Shown in pieces: positions 38,284 through 47,743 of a stretch of DNA of 64,000 nt (position 1 is the first letter of the stretch; every line of letters begins with the position of its first letter). The position numbers and the translations under genes were made by a program. Below the pieces are notes generated by a model. It made no database searches, had not been told where the DNA came from, and worked only from the letters and a program-made list of their open reading frames with translations. The stretch covers positions 139,580 to 203,579 of the forward strand of contig CAVYJL010000008.1 of assembly GCA_963768865.1 (NCBI GenBank), read 5' to 3'. Source of the DNA: an uncultured Coriobacteriia bacterium (GTDB taxonomy: Bacteria; Actinomycetota; Coriobacteriia; Anaerosomatales; CAVYJL01).

Positions 38284-38880
38284 TCACTTCCTGGGAGGGT
38301 TCGGCGGGGCGGTGCGCAGCGGCAGCGTAGGGACCGGTGCCGAGGTGCCGGCCGTGGGTGCGCTCGGCGGCCTGTTCACCGACCGTAACGCGGCGGCGCG
38401 CTGCATCTTCTGCGCGTTCTTGCCCACCTGCCGCACCTTGATGGTCATGAAGACGCCCGCTCCCACGAGGAACACGAGGCCGACCAGCAGGAACGCCAGC
38501 GGCACGCCTATCAGCTGCGACAGGAACACGAGCGCCGCGACAGCGATGAAGATCAGGCCCAGGACCAGCAAGAACGCGGCCGCGGACAGCGAGCCCACGG
38601 CGATCCCCACGTCCTGGAGTGGCTGCCCGATCTGCTCGCGGACGATGCCTTCGGTCTCCTGCTTGATCCAGTCACGCGTGGTGACGAGCAGATCGGCGCC
38701 CGAGTCGATGATCCTCTGTAAGGGATCGTCGCTCGCGCTCCCTGCCGAGGCCGGAGGCGGCGGCATGGTCGCGCCCGGCGCGACGCCGTCGGGCGGCGCG
38801 GGCGCGGGACCCGTGGTTGCGGACCGAGCTGCCCCGGCATCCTGTCCCGAAGCGCCACCCGGTGCGGTCGGCTCGGCCAT
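38284..38880 (-). CDS. Holin-X/DUF1469-like membrane protein
   Basis: ATG 38880 follows GGGAGGG. A Pro/Ala-rich N-terminus is followed by two long TM helices (GSLSAAAFLLVLGLIFIAVAALVFL; PLAFLLVGLVFLVGAGVFMTI), the typical layout of so-called actinobacterial phage holin family proteins. Confidence 0.55.
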   Translation of the reverse strand: MAEPTAPGGASGQDAGAARSATTGPAPAPPDGVAPGATMPPPPASAGSASDDPLQRIIDSGADLLVTTRDWIKQETEGIVREQIGQPLQDVGIAVGSLSAAAFLLVLGLIFIAVAALVFLSQLIGVPLAFLLVGLVFLVGAGVFMTIKVRQVGKNAQKMQRAAALRSVNRPPSAPTAGTSAPVPTLPLRTAPPNPPRK

Positions 38881-39038
38881 CTGACCCTCCCAGCGAATGA
38901 CGAGTGCGTTGAAGTGCGGGGACACCCTCGGCGCCCCGCACGATAATGTACCCGAACCGGACGCGGACGCTCACCTGCACGACACGGGCCGCCTCGATCG
39001 AGGCGGCCCGCTCAAGACTGGAACGATGCGGCCGAGCG

Positions 39039-39908
39039 CTAGTTGAGCACCCGCCAGCGGAGGTAATCCACGCCGTCGAAGCCCAGCGCGTTGGCCGTGC
39101 CCGGGCCGAGGTCGAACTCGCGCCCCGCCGTGTAGGGGCCGCGGTCGGCGACCGTGGCCACGCACGTGTGCCCGTTGTACTCGAACTGCACGCGGGTGCC
39201 CAGAGGCAGCGTCTTGTGAGCGACGACCATGGAATCGGCCTGAAGCGTGTCGCCGTTGGCCATGCCCTGACCCACGAGCCCGTCTCCGATGCCGAAGGTG
39301 GAGCACTGCGCGGTGTTCCAACCTCCGCCGCCGGACGGGCCGCTATCCACCGAGCTGCCGGATGAGCCGCTGGACGAGCCGCTGGACGACGAGCCGCCGG
39401 AGCTGGCGACCGCGACCGAAGAGGTGGACTTCTTGGCCGCCGGCTTCTTGGCGACCGGCTTGGGCTTGGGCTTGGGAAGTGCCTTGGGAGACACCATGGC
39501 CACCGTGACGGCGGCGGACTTGAAGTCGCGAGCGGGCGCGATGCCGCGGATGCGGAGCTCGCCGGTGGACCTGGCGGCGATCTGAGAGAGCGTGGCGGGG
39601 CGGGCGGCCACGCCGAGAGAGGCTTCGACGGGGGTGATCCCGGAAGGAGCGACGGCCGCGCTGACCGGCGCCGTACGGAACGCCGTGGCCCCGATAGCGC
39701 CTGCGGTGGCGACTATCGCCACCGCTACCAGCGCGGTGACGAGCACGGGGCGACGGGTCTTGCTTCGAGGTCTCAAGTCATTCTCCGGGGGCCGGCAATA
39801 GGACTGCGGCGTGCCGGAGTGAGAGCGCACATGAGCGCTTCTCGAGACAGCTGGGCTAGGAAAGAAGGGTGACTGGCTGTCGGTCACATCCGGCGCCGGG
39901 GGCTTCAC
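39039..39908 (-). CDS. RlpA-like double-psi beta-barrel (DPBB) cell-wall protein
   Basis: C-terminal DPBB (CSTFGIGDGLVGQGMANGDTLQADSMVVAHKTLPLGTRVQFEYNGHTCVATVADRGPY). It has an N-terminal anchor and a Ser/Gly/Lys/Pro-rich linker. The GTG 39908 start is uncertain. Confidence 0.75.
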   Translation of the reverse strand: MKPPAPDVTDSQSPFFPSPAVSRSAHVRSHSGTPQSYCRPPENDLRPRSKTRRPVLVTALVAVAIVATAGAIGATAFRTAPVSAAVAPSGITPVEASLGVAARPATLSQIAARSTGELRIRGIAPARDFKSAAVTVAMVSPKALPKPKPKPVAKKPAAKKSTSSVAVASSGGSSSSGSSSGSSGSSVDSGPSGGGGWNTAQCSTFGIGDGLVGQGMANGDTLQADSMVVAHKTLPLGTRVQFEYNGHTCVATVADRGPYTAGREFDLGPGTANALGFDGVDYLRWRVLN

Positions 39909-40055
39909 GCCGCCGCGGCCGAAAAAGCGATTTGCTCTTTTGGCGGATGGACCGGTAACAGTGGCACTCGTTGGGCTGGTTCATCCTCGACCCCGGTCCG
40001 GGGCGACGGAGCGTCTCATCAACGCCGCGCCGAGGATGCCCTTGGCTCGTTGTGG

Positions 40056-40087
40056 ATTCTACCACACAGGAACCATCGGACCGTCAA
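40056..40087 (-). promoter_or_regulatory. Candidate promoter of the rlpA-like gene
   Basis: On the minus strand, TTGACG (40087..40082) and an extended -10 TGgTAGAAT (-10 at 40061..40056). The 20-nt spacing to the -35 is long, so the -35 call is weak. Confidence 0.35.
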
Positions 40088-40162
40088 CGGCACGGCTTGA
40101 GCCGCACTCCTCGGGTGCGCTCGCTCAAGCTTGTGACCTGCGGTTATCCCGCTCGGCAGGCG

Positions 40163-43100
40163 CTACGGCCCGGTCGTCGATGTGCTTGCCGAGGAGGCGG
40201 GGGCAGCCAAGCGGTTCAGCACCACCCCGAGCTGCTGGATAAGGCTGCCGTACGTCGCGAAGTCGCCGGCCTTGAGCGCCGCCTGGGCCCTTTGGAAGAG
40301 CTGATTGGCGAGCACTGCGTCACTCGTGGCCGCTGCGCCCCCACCGGTGCCGGTGGTCGCGCCGCTTGGCGTCGCCTGGTTCGGACCGCCGGTCTGGGTG
40401 ACCGGGGTACCCGCTCCGCCTCCCGTGCCCGCCGGCACCGCAGCCGCGGCCTGCGGGCCGAAGATCTTGACCAACGCGGTCTCAAGATCAGGCTCCATCA
40501 CGACCTTGTCCGCGTACGAGACGATCACCCGAGTGAGCTCGGGGATCGCCGTCTGCTCGGCCTGGAGGTAGAGGGGCTGGACATACACGATCGAGTTGCG
40601 GATCGGGATCACGAGCATATTGCCGTAGATGACCGAGCTGCCCCGCTGGTTCCACAGCGAGAGCTGGGGCGAGATCACAGGGTCCTGGTTCAGGCGCGCC
40701 GAGACCTGGTTGGGCCCAAGAGTCAGGCGTTGCTTGGGGAACTGGTAGACGACTCGTTCCCCGTAGTTGGCCGGATCGGACTTGGCCGCCATCCAGCCGA
40801 TCATGTTGTCCTTGCCCACCGGGGTGAACGGGACCATGAGGATGAAGTCCTCTTTCGTCTCGTTGGGCAGGCGCATGAGCACGTAGAACGGCGCCATGGG
40901 CGAGCCCGCAGCCTCACCGGGCAGGGACCACTGGTCCTCTTTGTTGTAGAAGACCCTGGGATCGGTCATGTGGTACGTCGTGTAGACGTCGGCCTGCACG
41001 CTGAAGAGGCCCTCCGGATAACGCAGGTGGGCGCGGGTCTCCGCGGGCATCGCGGACATGGGGGTGAGCAGGCCGGGGTAGATCTTGCCCCACGTCTGCA
41101 GCACCGGGTCCTTGGGGTCGAACGCGTATATGTGCGTGGTGCCGTCGTAGGCGTCCACCGTGCACTTCACCGAGTTGCGTATGTAGTTGTAGCTCTGGCC
41201 GTTGGCCGGCTCCGAGTACGGGAAGTAGCTCGTGGTCGTGTAGCCGTCCACGATCCAGACGAGGCGGCCGCCGATGACCGTGATGTACGGGTCCTTGTCT
41301 AGCGTGAGCCAGTTCGCAAGCATGCCTATCCGCTCTTGGATGCCGCGATTGAACAGGACCCGGCTGGTGGGCTTCAGGTAGCCCGAGAACAGGAAATCAC
41401 TGGCGTTGTACCGCAGCCAGAACAGGATCCGACCGAACACCCCGCCGATGGGCACCCCGGTCTTACCGGAGAACAGGGTCTGCGCGTTCGCGTTGCCTAG
41501 CGGGTAGTCGAACTCCTTGAGATTGGTGTCGACGACCACGTAGTCGCGCTCGTCCTCGCCGAAGTAGACGCCGGGCTGAGTCACCGAGATCTCGGTGGAA
41601 CGCGGCGGCACGTCGCGGATGATGAAGTTGGGCAGTCCCTGCGCGCTGGACTGGTTCACCGGGCTCATGCACACGCCGTAGCCGTGGGTGTAGACGAGAT
41701 GCGTGTTCACCCAGGTCTGCGCGCGGTCGGCCAGGTTGGTGGTGTTGAGCTCGCGGGCGGAGACGAGGACTTCTTGCTTGGGAGTGGCGAACCCGTTGCC
41801 GTTAACGGTGCCGGGCGGCAGGGTCGCCGTGGACTCGGGCTGCCCCGAGTGGTGCATCGCATACCTATCGATGTCCACGTCCTTGAACTCGTAATACGGC
41901 CGCAAGCCCTGGAGCTGCTGGTACGTCTGCTTCACGACCGCGGGGCCCCAGAGGCGCACGTTGTCGAGCGTGTCCTTGTTGGCCACGAGCTGGGTCGCTG
42001 ACAGGTCCTCGGTGGCCGCGAACGGGCGGCCGATGACGTCCGTGAGCCCGAACGCCTCGCGAGTCATGTCGATGTTGCGCTTGATGTAGGGCGCCTCGAG
42101 GGTGACCTCGTTGGGGGCGACCACGAACGTCTGCATCGCCCACGGGAACAGGCCGCCCACGAGGATCGACGCTCCCACCCACACCGCCAGCGCGACTATG
42201 GGCAGCCTCCAGCCACGCGAGCGGATGTTTGCGATGAAGATGAGCCCGACCACTACGGCGACGACCGTGAGGATGTAGAGGGCGGGCAGCGACGCGTGGA
42301 CGTCGGTGTACGTCGCTCCCACTACCTGGCCGCGAGCCGAGAAGTCGAGCTCGTACGTTTGCAGGTACGTGCTGGCGGCGGTGACGAAGAACCACAAGCC
42401 GGCGAGCACCGACAGATGCGCCTTCACGTGCGGTGCGAACACGTTGCCCTTGTTCCACGGCCGGATGGCGCCGTCTAGCAGGTGAACCGCGGCCGTGACG
42501 ATGAGCACGACGATGAGCGAGCCCGACAGCCAGTCCACGGCGGCGCGAAGCGCGGGCAACCAGAACACGAAGAAGCCGATATCCAGGCCGAACTGCGGGT
42601 CGTTCATATGGAACGAGCTGGCGTGGAGCGCAGCCTGGAAGAGCTGCCAGTCGCCGGACATGCCCGCGCCCGCGATCCAGGCGAGCACAAGACACAAGGC
42701 GAGCAGCGCCCACCCCAGCCACTTCGAGCCGAACTCGCGGACCTGGCTCACGGCCTGCATCCAGGCGGGATCGCCCGCGCTCGGCCCGGCCAGGCGCACC
42801 TTGGGAGCCAGCGCCCGCGCGATGCGCACGTTGACGTAGACGATCACGAAGAAGACCACCGCGAACGCGAACCCGACGATCCAGGGGGACAGGGCGTTGA
42901 CCCAGAACACGTTGGTGTGGCCCAGGTCGGTGTACCACCCGTAGTCGGTGATGACAGTGGCCAGCCAGTTGACCCAGCCCAGGCCGAAGATGACGAAGAG
43001 CACGACCAGGGCGGCGATGATGCGCCCAGGGCGAAGCCATTTGCGCAGGTCGGGGAGCTGTGGCGTCCCGCCTCGGCCAGCTGTGGGGAAGTGGAAGTCG

Positions 43101-43222
43101 GGAATGACCTGTGGCTCCTCACGGCCCTCACGGCCGGCGCCGGTAGAGCCCGACCCGTTCGCGCGCGGGCGCGGCTCCTCGTCGCTGCCCGACCTTGTGC
43201 CTTTGTCGTCGTTCTGATCCAC
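40163..43222 (-). CDS. UPF0182 family large integral membrane protein (1,019 aa)
   Basis: Characteristic N-terminal multi-TM region (..ITDYGWYTDLGHTNVFW..) and a large extracytoplasmic body with VNTHLVYTHGYG and YVLMRLP motifs. The size is typical of UPF0182. Confidence 0.85.
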   Translation of the reverse strand: MDQNDDKGTRSGSDEEPRPRANGSGSTGAGREGREEPQVIPDFHFPTAGRGGTPQLPDLRKWLRPGRIIAALVVLFVIFGLGWVNWLATVITDYGWYTDLGHTNVFWVNALSPWIVGFAFAVVFFVIVYVNVRIARALAPKVRLAGPSAGDPAWMQAVSQVREFGSKWLGWALLALCLVLAWIAGAGMSGDWQLFQAALHASSFHMNDPQFGLDIGFFVFWLPALRAAVDWLSGSLIVVLIVTAAVHLLDGAIRPWNKGNVFAPHVKAHLSVLAGLWFFVTAASTYLQTYELDFSARGQVVGATYTDVHASLPALYILTVVAVVVGLIFIANIRSRGWRLPIVALAVWVGASILVGGLFPWAMQTFVVAPNEVTLEAPYIKRNIDMTREAFGLTDVIGRPFAATEDLSATQLVANKDTLDNVRLWGPAVVKQTYQQLQGLRPYYEFKDVDIDRYAMHHSGQPESTATLPPGTVNGNGFATPKQEVLVSARELNTTNLADRAQTWVNTHLVYTHGYGVCMSPVNQSSAQGLPNFIIRDVPPRSTEISVTQPGVYFGEDERDYVVVDTNLKEFDYPLGNANAQTLFSGKTGVPIGGVFGRILFWLRYNASDFLFSGYLKPTSRVLFNRGIQERIGMLANWLTLDKDPYITVIGGRLVWIVDGYTTTSYFPYSEPANGQSYNYIRNSVKCTVDAYDGTTHIYAFDPKDPVLQTWGKIYPGLLTPMSAMPAETRAHLRYPEGLFSVQADVYTTYHMTDPRVFYNKEDQWSLPGEAAGSPMAPFYVLMRLPNETKEDFILMVPFTPVGKDNMIGWMAAKSDPANYGERVVYQFPKQRLTLGPNQVSARLNQDPVISPQLSLWNQRGSSVIYGNMLVIPIRNSIVYVQPLYLQAEQTAIPELTRVIVSYADKVVMEPDLETALVKIFGPQAAAAVPAGTGGGAGTPVTQTGGPNQATPSGATTGTGGGAAATSDAVLANQLFQRAQAALKAGDFATYGSLIQQLGVVLNRLAAPASSASTSTTGP

Positions 43223-43245
43223 CTCGTGGTCCTTCCCTGGTACGG

Positions 43246-44634
43246 CTAGAGGTAGTCCTCAACGTCTATGCCCGACGCCTTGGCGTCTACGCAGCCTACG
43301 ATCGCCAGCCCGGCGGCTTGCGGGGAGGCGAGCTCGATCTGCAAAGGCGCCGGCGCCAGCGACCCGTCCGCGGCGGCGAAGATGCGCACGACCGGGAGCG
43401 CGGGGTCGCGCCCGTCGACCGCGCTCACGACCGCCAGCTCACCGCTCGTGAGGCGCACGACGCAGCGTGGCGGGTACACGCCCAACACCCTTATGAACAA
43501 GCGCACGAGCCGAGCGTCGAACGACGTGCCCGCGCAGCTGGCGAGCACCCCGAGCGCCTCGTCCGGAAGCCGCGCAGCCGAGTATGAGCGCTCTGAGGTC
43601 ATCGCGTCGTACGAATCGGCGATCGCCACCATGCGTCCCGCGAGCGACTGCCGGTGCCCCGGTGTCGCGACCGGGTAGCCGGACCCGTCCAAGCGCTGGT
43701 GGTGTTCGTAGACGATGACGATGACGGAGCGGTCGATCCCGCCCAGTCGGGCGACGGCCTCGGCACTGTAGACGGGGTGCTCACGCATGACCTCCCATTC
43801 CTCGGCGGTCAGCGTGCCCTCCTTTTGCAGGATGTCGAGGCCCACGTAGAGCTTGCCGATGTCGTGCAGCAGCCCTCCCACGGCAAGGCTGACGAGGAAG
43901 CGCCGGTCGTTGGTCACCGCGGCGCCGAGCGCGAGTGCGAGTATCGCGGTGTTCACCGAGTGATAGAAGGTGTATTCGTCGTGGTCTTTGAGCGTGGACA
44001 GCTCCAGGATCGCGGGGCCGTTGTCCATGGCGTTGTCTACCAGGCTGTTGGCCACCTTGCGGATGGGCGCGACGTCCAGGCTTCTGCCCCGCGCGACGGA
44101 GGCGTCGAGATCTCGCAGCACGTCCAGGGCGCCGTCGTAGGTCGCCTTCGCGGCGACCTTGGGATCGGTGTCGAGGGATGGCTCCTCAGGCACGTAGACG
44201 GTCACCGCCGCGAATTCCGCGTGGATGATGCCCGCTGCCGTCGCGGCGGCCGCCAGGCCGCCCGACTCGTGCAGCGTCGGTTCGTCCCTCGCGAGAATCC
44301 CGACCAGAGCGCTCAGCTCGGCAACACCCATCCCGCGGCGGATCGTGACGCTGTCGGCGCCGATCTGGGTCAGGTCGCGCTGAAGCTGATCGAACAGCAC
44401 GCTCTCCTCGGTGAGCACGGTGTCTCCCAGGAGGATCTCGCCTTCGTTGAAGGTGAGCTCGACATCGCGGCCCTCGGCGAAGTACGCGTCGAGCGTTCGC
44501 TTGAGGTCCGCCACGAGGGCTTGGACGGCGGGATGGTGGACGGGGTAGAAGCGGGCACCGCGCAGCGCGGCCGCCAGCCTCGTGAGCAGCTCGCGCGCGC
44601 GTTGCACCTGGGAAGGCGAGTACCGGGCGGTCAT
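43246..44634 (-). CDS. HD-GYP domain phosphodiesterase-family protein (cassette 1)
   Basis: HD (LLHDIGK), HHQRLDGSGYP, and a C-terminal GVYPPRCVVRLTSGELAVV. The N-terminal ~140 aa carry the FYPVHHP motif shared with the upstream HEAT protein. Its ATG overlaps the upstream stop (ATGA). Confidence 0.85.
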   Translation of the reverse strand: MTARYSPSQVQRARELLTRLAAALRGARFYPVHHPAVQALVADLKRTLDAYFAEGRDVELTFNEGEILLGDTVLTEESVLFDQLQRDLTQIGADSVTIRRGMGVAELSALVGILARDEPTLHESGGLAAAATAAGIIHAEFAAVTVYVPEEPSLDTDPKVAAKATYDGALDVLRDLDASVARGRSLDVAPIRKVANSLVDNAMDNGPAILELSTLKDHDEYTFYHSVNTAILALALGAAVTNDRRFLVSLAVGGLLHDIGKLYVGLDILQKEGTLTAEEWEVMREHPVYSAEAVARLGGIDRSVIVIVYEHHQRLDGSGYPVATPGHRQSLAGRMVAIADSYDAMTSERSYSAARLPDEALGVLASCAGTSFDARLVRLFIRVLGVYPPRCVVRLTSGELAVVSAVDGRDPALPVVRIFAAADGSLAPAPLQIELASPQAAGLAIVGCVDAKASGIDVEDYL

Positions 44635-46814
44635 CGGGCCGCACCCCCCGGCGCATCCCTGCGCTGCCGGGCCTCGATGGCCGCGAGCGCGCGCTCCGCG
44701 GCCGGCGCCAGCTCCTTGCCCCTGCCCATAGCGCGCAGACCGCGCACTCGCGCGAGCGACTCCAGCAACGGGATGGACGAGGATCGCCGATCCGGCCCAG
44801 CGCGTCTATCGCCTCGGCACGGGGGCCGAGCTCTCGGTTGCCCTTCCCTTCGCCCGCGGCGGTGCGCTGCAGCACGCCCACCGCCGAGATGACCCGGCGG
44901 CTGCCTAGGGCGCGGGCCGCCAGCTGCACGTTGGCGGCGTCGGGATCGTCCAGAGCTGCGACGAGGAAGTCCACGCAGCGCGGGTCGGGCAGCGCCTCCA
45001 GCGCGCGGATCGCCTCGCGCCTGACCCTGGGCTCCGGGTAGCGCGCGGCGCGGGCGACAGCCGGGAACGCGGCCGGGTCTCTCGTACGGCCGAGGACGTA
45101 GACCACGTTGCGCACAAGGTACCAGCGGGGGTCGGCGACCCAGCGCGAAAGCTCCGGGATGAACCCGGAAGCGACATCGGCCAGCGCGTCCACGAGAGCC
45201 TTGCGCGTCGCCATGTCCGCCTGGTCGGCGATGACCTTGAGGATGGTCTCGAGCGACTCGGCGCCCAGGCGGCGTAGCAGCCGACGACAGGACGCCTGCT
45301 CGGGAGACCCGGGCGGATAGAGCCGCACCGCCGCCGCCACAGCCTCGATGGAGTGCTCGTCCGAGATCCACCTCAAGACGTTCTCGAGCGCCTTGCGCTT
45401 GATCGGGCGGGCGTCCTTCGTCGTGTGCCGCCGCGATGAGCGCCTCGGCGGCGTCGGCGGCGTCGGCGAAGTGCTGGCCCTCCAAGAGCAGCACCACGCT
45501 GTCCTCCAGGACGTTGACCGCGTGCGCGAACTCCTCCGGGCGGCGTTCGTGCGTTGCCACGGCCACGAGCGTGGCCAGGACCGTACCGTCGTCGATACCC
45601 AGGCGCGCCTCGTCGCGCAGCTGAGCCAGGTCCGCGTCGGTACCGTCCGGGAGGAGCGGGACCGCCGCCGCGAACTGGACGACCTCGATGGCGCTGGCTA
45701 CGGACGGGTCCTCGGGACGCGCAGGCGTCGCGACCGTGACCGATGACGGCATCGCCTCCGAGATGATGGAGGCGATGGTCTCGCTCGACGCGCCCTTGTG
45801 AGCGAGCCGTGCGCTGAACGCGGTCTCCACCTCGTCGCGAGGATGCACTCCCAGCATCTCGAGGTTGTGCAGCGCCCTGGCCAAGCCGGAGCGCGTGCGG
45901 GCGGCCGCGGCGTCCTGCTGAGTGGGGTCGAAGTCGGCGATCACGGCCTCGGCGAGCTGGGCGGTGTCCATGTGCGCGATCACCGCGGCGGTGGCCGGCT
46001 CGCGCCTGGCGGCCGGAAGAAGGCGCTCCACCAGGACCGAGCGCCGCTCCTCGCCCGCCAACGACAGAACGGTCTCGGCAAGCGACTGTTGGAGTTGCTC
46101 GCGATCCTCGTCGGGCTCGGTCGCCACTGCGCGAGCGAGTGCGGAGACGCGGCCCGCGAGCAAAGCGTCGGGCGGGGTGACTCCCCGCGCGGCGTCGCTG
46201 GCCCGCAGGTACTCGAAGATCACGTCGCGGTCCAGCACGACGCGCATGAGCAGGCGTCGCGTCCCGGGGCGGGACGCCGCGGGCCCCATGAGCGCGTCGT
46301 CGATGTCCTCGGGCGTGGGCGGCCACGCCTCTTGGGTCTCCTCGGTCACGACCTCGGCCGCGTCCACGATGCGCGCGGAGATCTCCTTGACGGTGATGCC
46401 GGTGACGCCCAGGTCCCACAGTCGCGACGCGAAGCCGCCGGCTGCGCGCAGCTCGTCGGGGTTGGGCACGAGCAGGCTCAGGAACTCGACCAGCTCGTGA
46501 GCGGTCACCCCCACATGGAAGACGACGGAGTCCACGTTGCGGCTGTAGAACTCGCGCGCGAACTCCACGTACGCGTCGCTGCCGGGGAACACGGGGTCGG
46601 GCCCGAACCAGATCCCGTCCCGGGCGAAGTGGAGCTGCATGGCCGGCTGGCTCTGATGCGCGGTCTTGAGCACGGCGAGCAGCGCGGCGGCGCGCTCTTT
46701 GGGCATGTTGCTGGCGGCCGGATACAGCCTCACGGCCTTCGCCGTGATGTACAGCTGCTTCACGAAGCGATCCACCACCGCAGGGACCCTGCCGGCTGAT
46801 GCGCCCTCGGCCAA
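44631..46814 (-). CDS. HEAT-repeat protein with LYPAAS N-terminal domain (cassette 1, ~727 aa); two frameshifts near 45401 and 44781
   Basis: TTG 46814 follows GGGGAGG. ORF 44631..46814 (N-terminal part and last 60 aa) and ORF 44186..45376 (PBS-lyase-type HEAT repeats: DPRWYLVRNVVYVLGRTRDP, EPRVRREAIRALEALPDP, DPDAANVQLAARALG) join. The junctions read ..DEGRPP|IKRKALENVLRWISDEHS.. and ..IDALGRIGDP|SSIPLLESLARV... Confidence 0.7.
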   Translation of the reverse strand: MAEGASAGRVPAVVDRFVKQLYITAKAVRLYPAASNMPKERAAALLAVLKTAHQSQPAMQLHFARDGIWFGPDPVFPGSDAYVEFAREFYSRNVDSVVFHVGVTAHELVEFLSLLVPNPDELRAAGGFASRLWDLGVTGITVKEISARIVDAAEVVTEETQEAWPPTPEDIDDALMGPAASRPGTRRLLMRVVLDRDVIFEYLRASDAARGVTPPDALLAGRVSALARAVATEPDEDREQLQQSLAETVLSLAGEERRSVLVERLLPAARREPATAAVIAHMDTAQLAEAVIADFDPTQQDAAAARTRSGLARALHNLEMLGVHPRDEVETAFSARLAHKGASSETIASIISEAMPSSVTVATPARPEDPSVASAIEVVQFAAAVPLLPDGTDADLAQLRDEARLGIDDGTVLATLVAVATHERRPEEFAHAVNVLEDSVVLLLEGQHFADAADAAEALIAAAHDEGRPPDQAQGARERLEVDLGRALHRGCGGGGAALSARVSRAGVLSSAATPPGRRVARDHPQGHRRPGGHGDAQGSRGRAGRCRFRVHPGAFALGRRPPLVPCAQRGLRPRPYERPGRVPGCRPRRALPGAQGQARGDPRAGGAARPALRGLPRRSSGRSRRRQRAAGGPRPRQPPGHLGGGRAAAHRRGRREGQPRARPPCRGDRRAGPDRRSSSIPLLESLARVRGLRAMGRGKELAPAAERALAAIEARQRRDAPGGAAR

Positions 46815-46971
46815 CCACGCCTCCCCACGGTGTCACGGCTTTGAGCGGCGCCTCCCCGCCACTCCCGCGAGCGGGGGCGCGCCGTGCGTGTAAGTATGAA
46901 ACTGTCGCGAGCGCGGTGCTATCATCCCACCCATGTGTGCCGCTCACCCTGCCGAGGCCCGCCACACGCGC

Positions 46972-47628
46972 ATGGTCTTGGCTTCCGCGTCGCCCAGGCG
47001 ACGCCGGCTTTTCGCCTGGTACGGAGTGCCGTTCGAAACCGCCGCAGTGGACGTCGACGAGACGCCCGACCCTGCCGTGGGCTCAGACGCGCGCGCGATC
47101 GCCGGCGACATCGCCTCGCGCAAAGCCAGAGCCGCCGCGGCCGCCTACCCGGGGGACGTCGTCGTCTCGTGCGACACCCTGGTGTGGCTGGACGGCGAGA
47201 TCCTGGGCAAGCCCGCCGACATCCAGGACGCCTACCGCATGCTCGAAGCGCTGTCCGGCCGGGAGCACCAGGTGGTCACCGCGGTGGCGATCATGCGACC
47301 TGGAGACGCGGACCCGGTGAACCTGGCCGTGGTCACCAACGTGCATATGCGGGGGCTGACCGAGGAGGACGTCGCGACGTGGGTGGAGGAGGGCGAGCTC
47401 CTGGGTTGCGCCGGCGCCTACAACATCGAACGCCACCTCGCCTACGTGGACGACGACGAGTGCTACCAGAACGTGGCGGGCCTGCCGCTGTGTCACCTGT
47501 ACCTGCTGTTGGCGTCGTTCGCCGAGATTCCGGCGGGAGTGACGTTCGACCGCCCCGACGCAGCGTGCGACGCGTCTCGGGGGGCGTTCTGCAAGCTGGG
47601 GCCCTGCATGCTCGGCCACTGCTGCTGA
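46972..47628 (+). CDS. maf: Maf-like nucleoside-triphosphate pyrophosphatase with a Cys-rich C-terminal tail
   Basis: MVLASASPRRRRL.., SCDTLVWLDGEILGKP, AGAYNIE. The last ~45 aa contain 6 Cys (..CDASRGAFCKLGPCMLGHCC). ATG 46933 is an alternative start. Confidence 0.8.
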   Translation: MVLASASPRRRRLFAWYGVPFETAAVDVDETPDPAVGSDARAIAGDIASRKARAAAAAYPGDVVVSCDTLVWLDGEILGKPADIQDAYRMLEALSGREHQVVTAVAIMRPGDADPVNLAVVTNVHMRGLTEEDVATWVEEGELLGCAGAYNIERHLAYVDDDECYQNVAGLPLCHLYLLLASFAEIPAGVTFDRPDAACDASRGAFCKLGPCMLGHCC

Positions 47629-47693
47629 CCTCCAGGCACCGCTAGCACCCACAGGGGACTTCCCCGCGCCCTGGACACCTCGGCGAAGAATCA

Positions 47694-47720
47694 TATAATC
47701 ACGTTAGTGATTTGGTGATT
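47694..47720 (+). promoter_or_regulatory. fic promoter -10 box with overlapping AATCAC/GTGATT operator repeats
   Basis: A perfect TATAAT lies at 47694..47699. It overlaps the palindrome AATCAC-GTTA-GTGATT (47697..47712), which is followed by a third GTGATT (47715..47720). This is an AT-rich patch, with RBS AAGGGAG before ATG 47744. Confidence 0.5.
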
Positions 47721-47743
47721 ATTCGCCAAGGGAGTGGCCCCGC

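Noticed and set aside
39909-40120. Possible ydaO-type (c-di-AMP) riboswitch in the leader of the rlpA-like cell-wall gene. Such riboswitches often precede wall-hydrolase genes in high-GC Gram-positives.
   Set aside because: I could not find the conserved blocks I remember for that motif (for example the ..CCGA.CCCG.CAGCTAACC.CGTA.. segment or the paired GGGG/AATC elements). Only generic GC hairpins are present.
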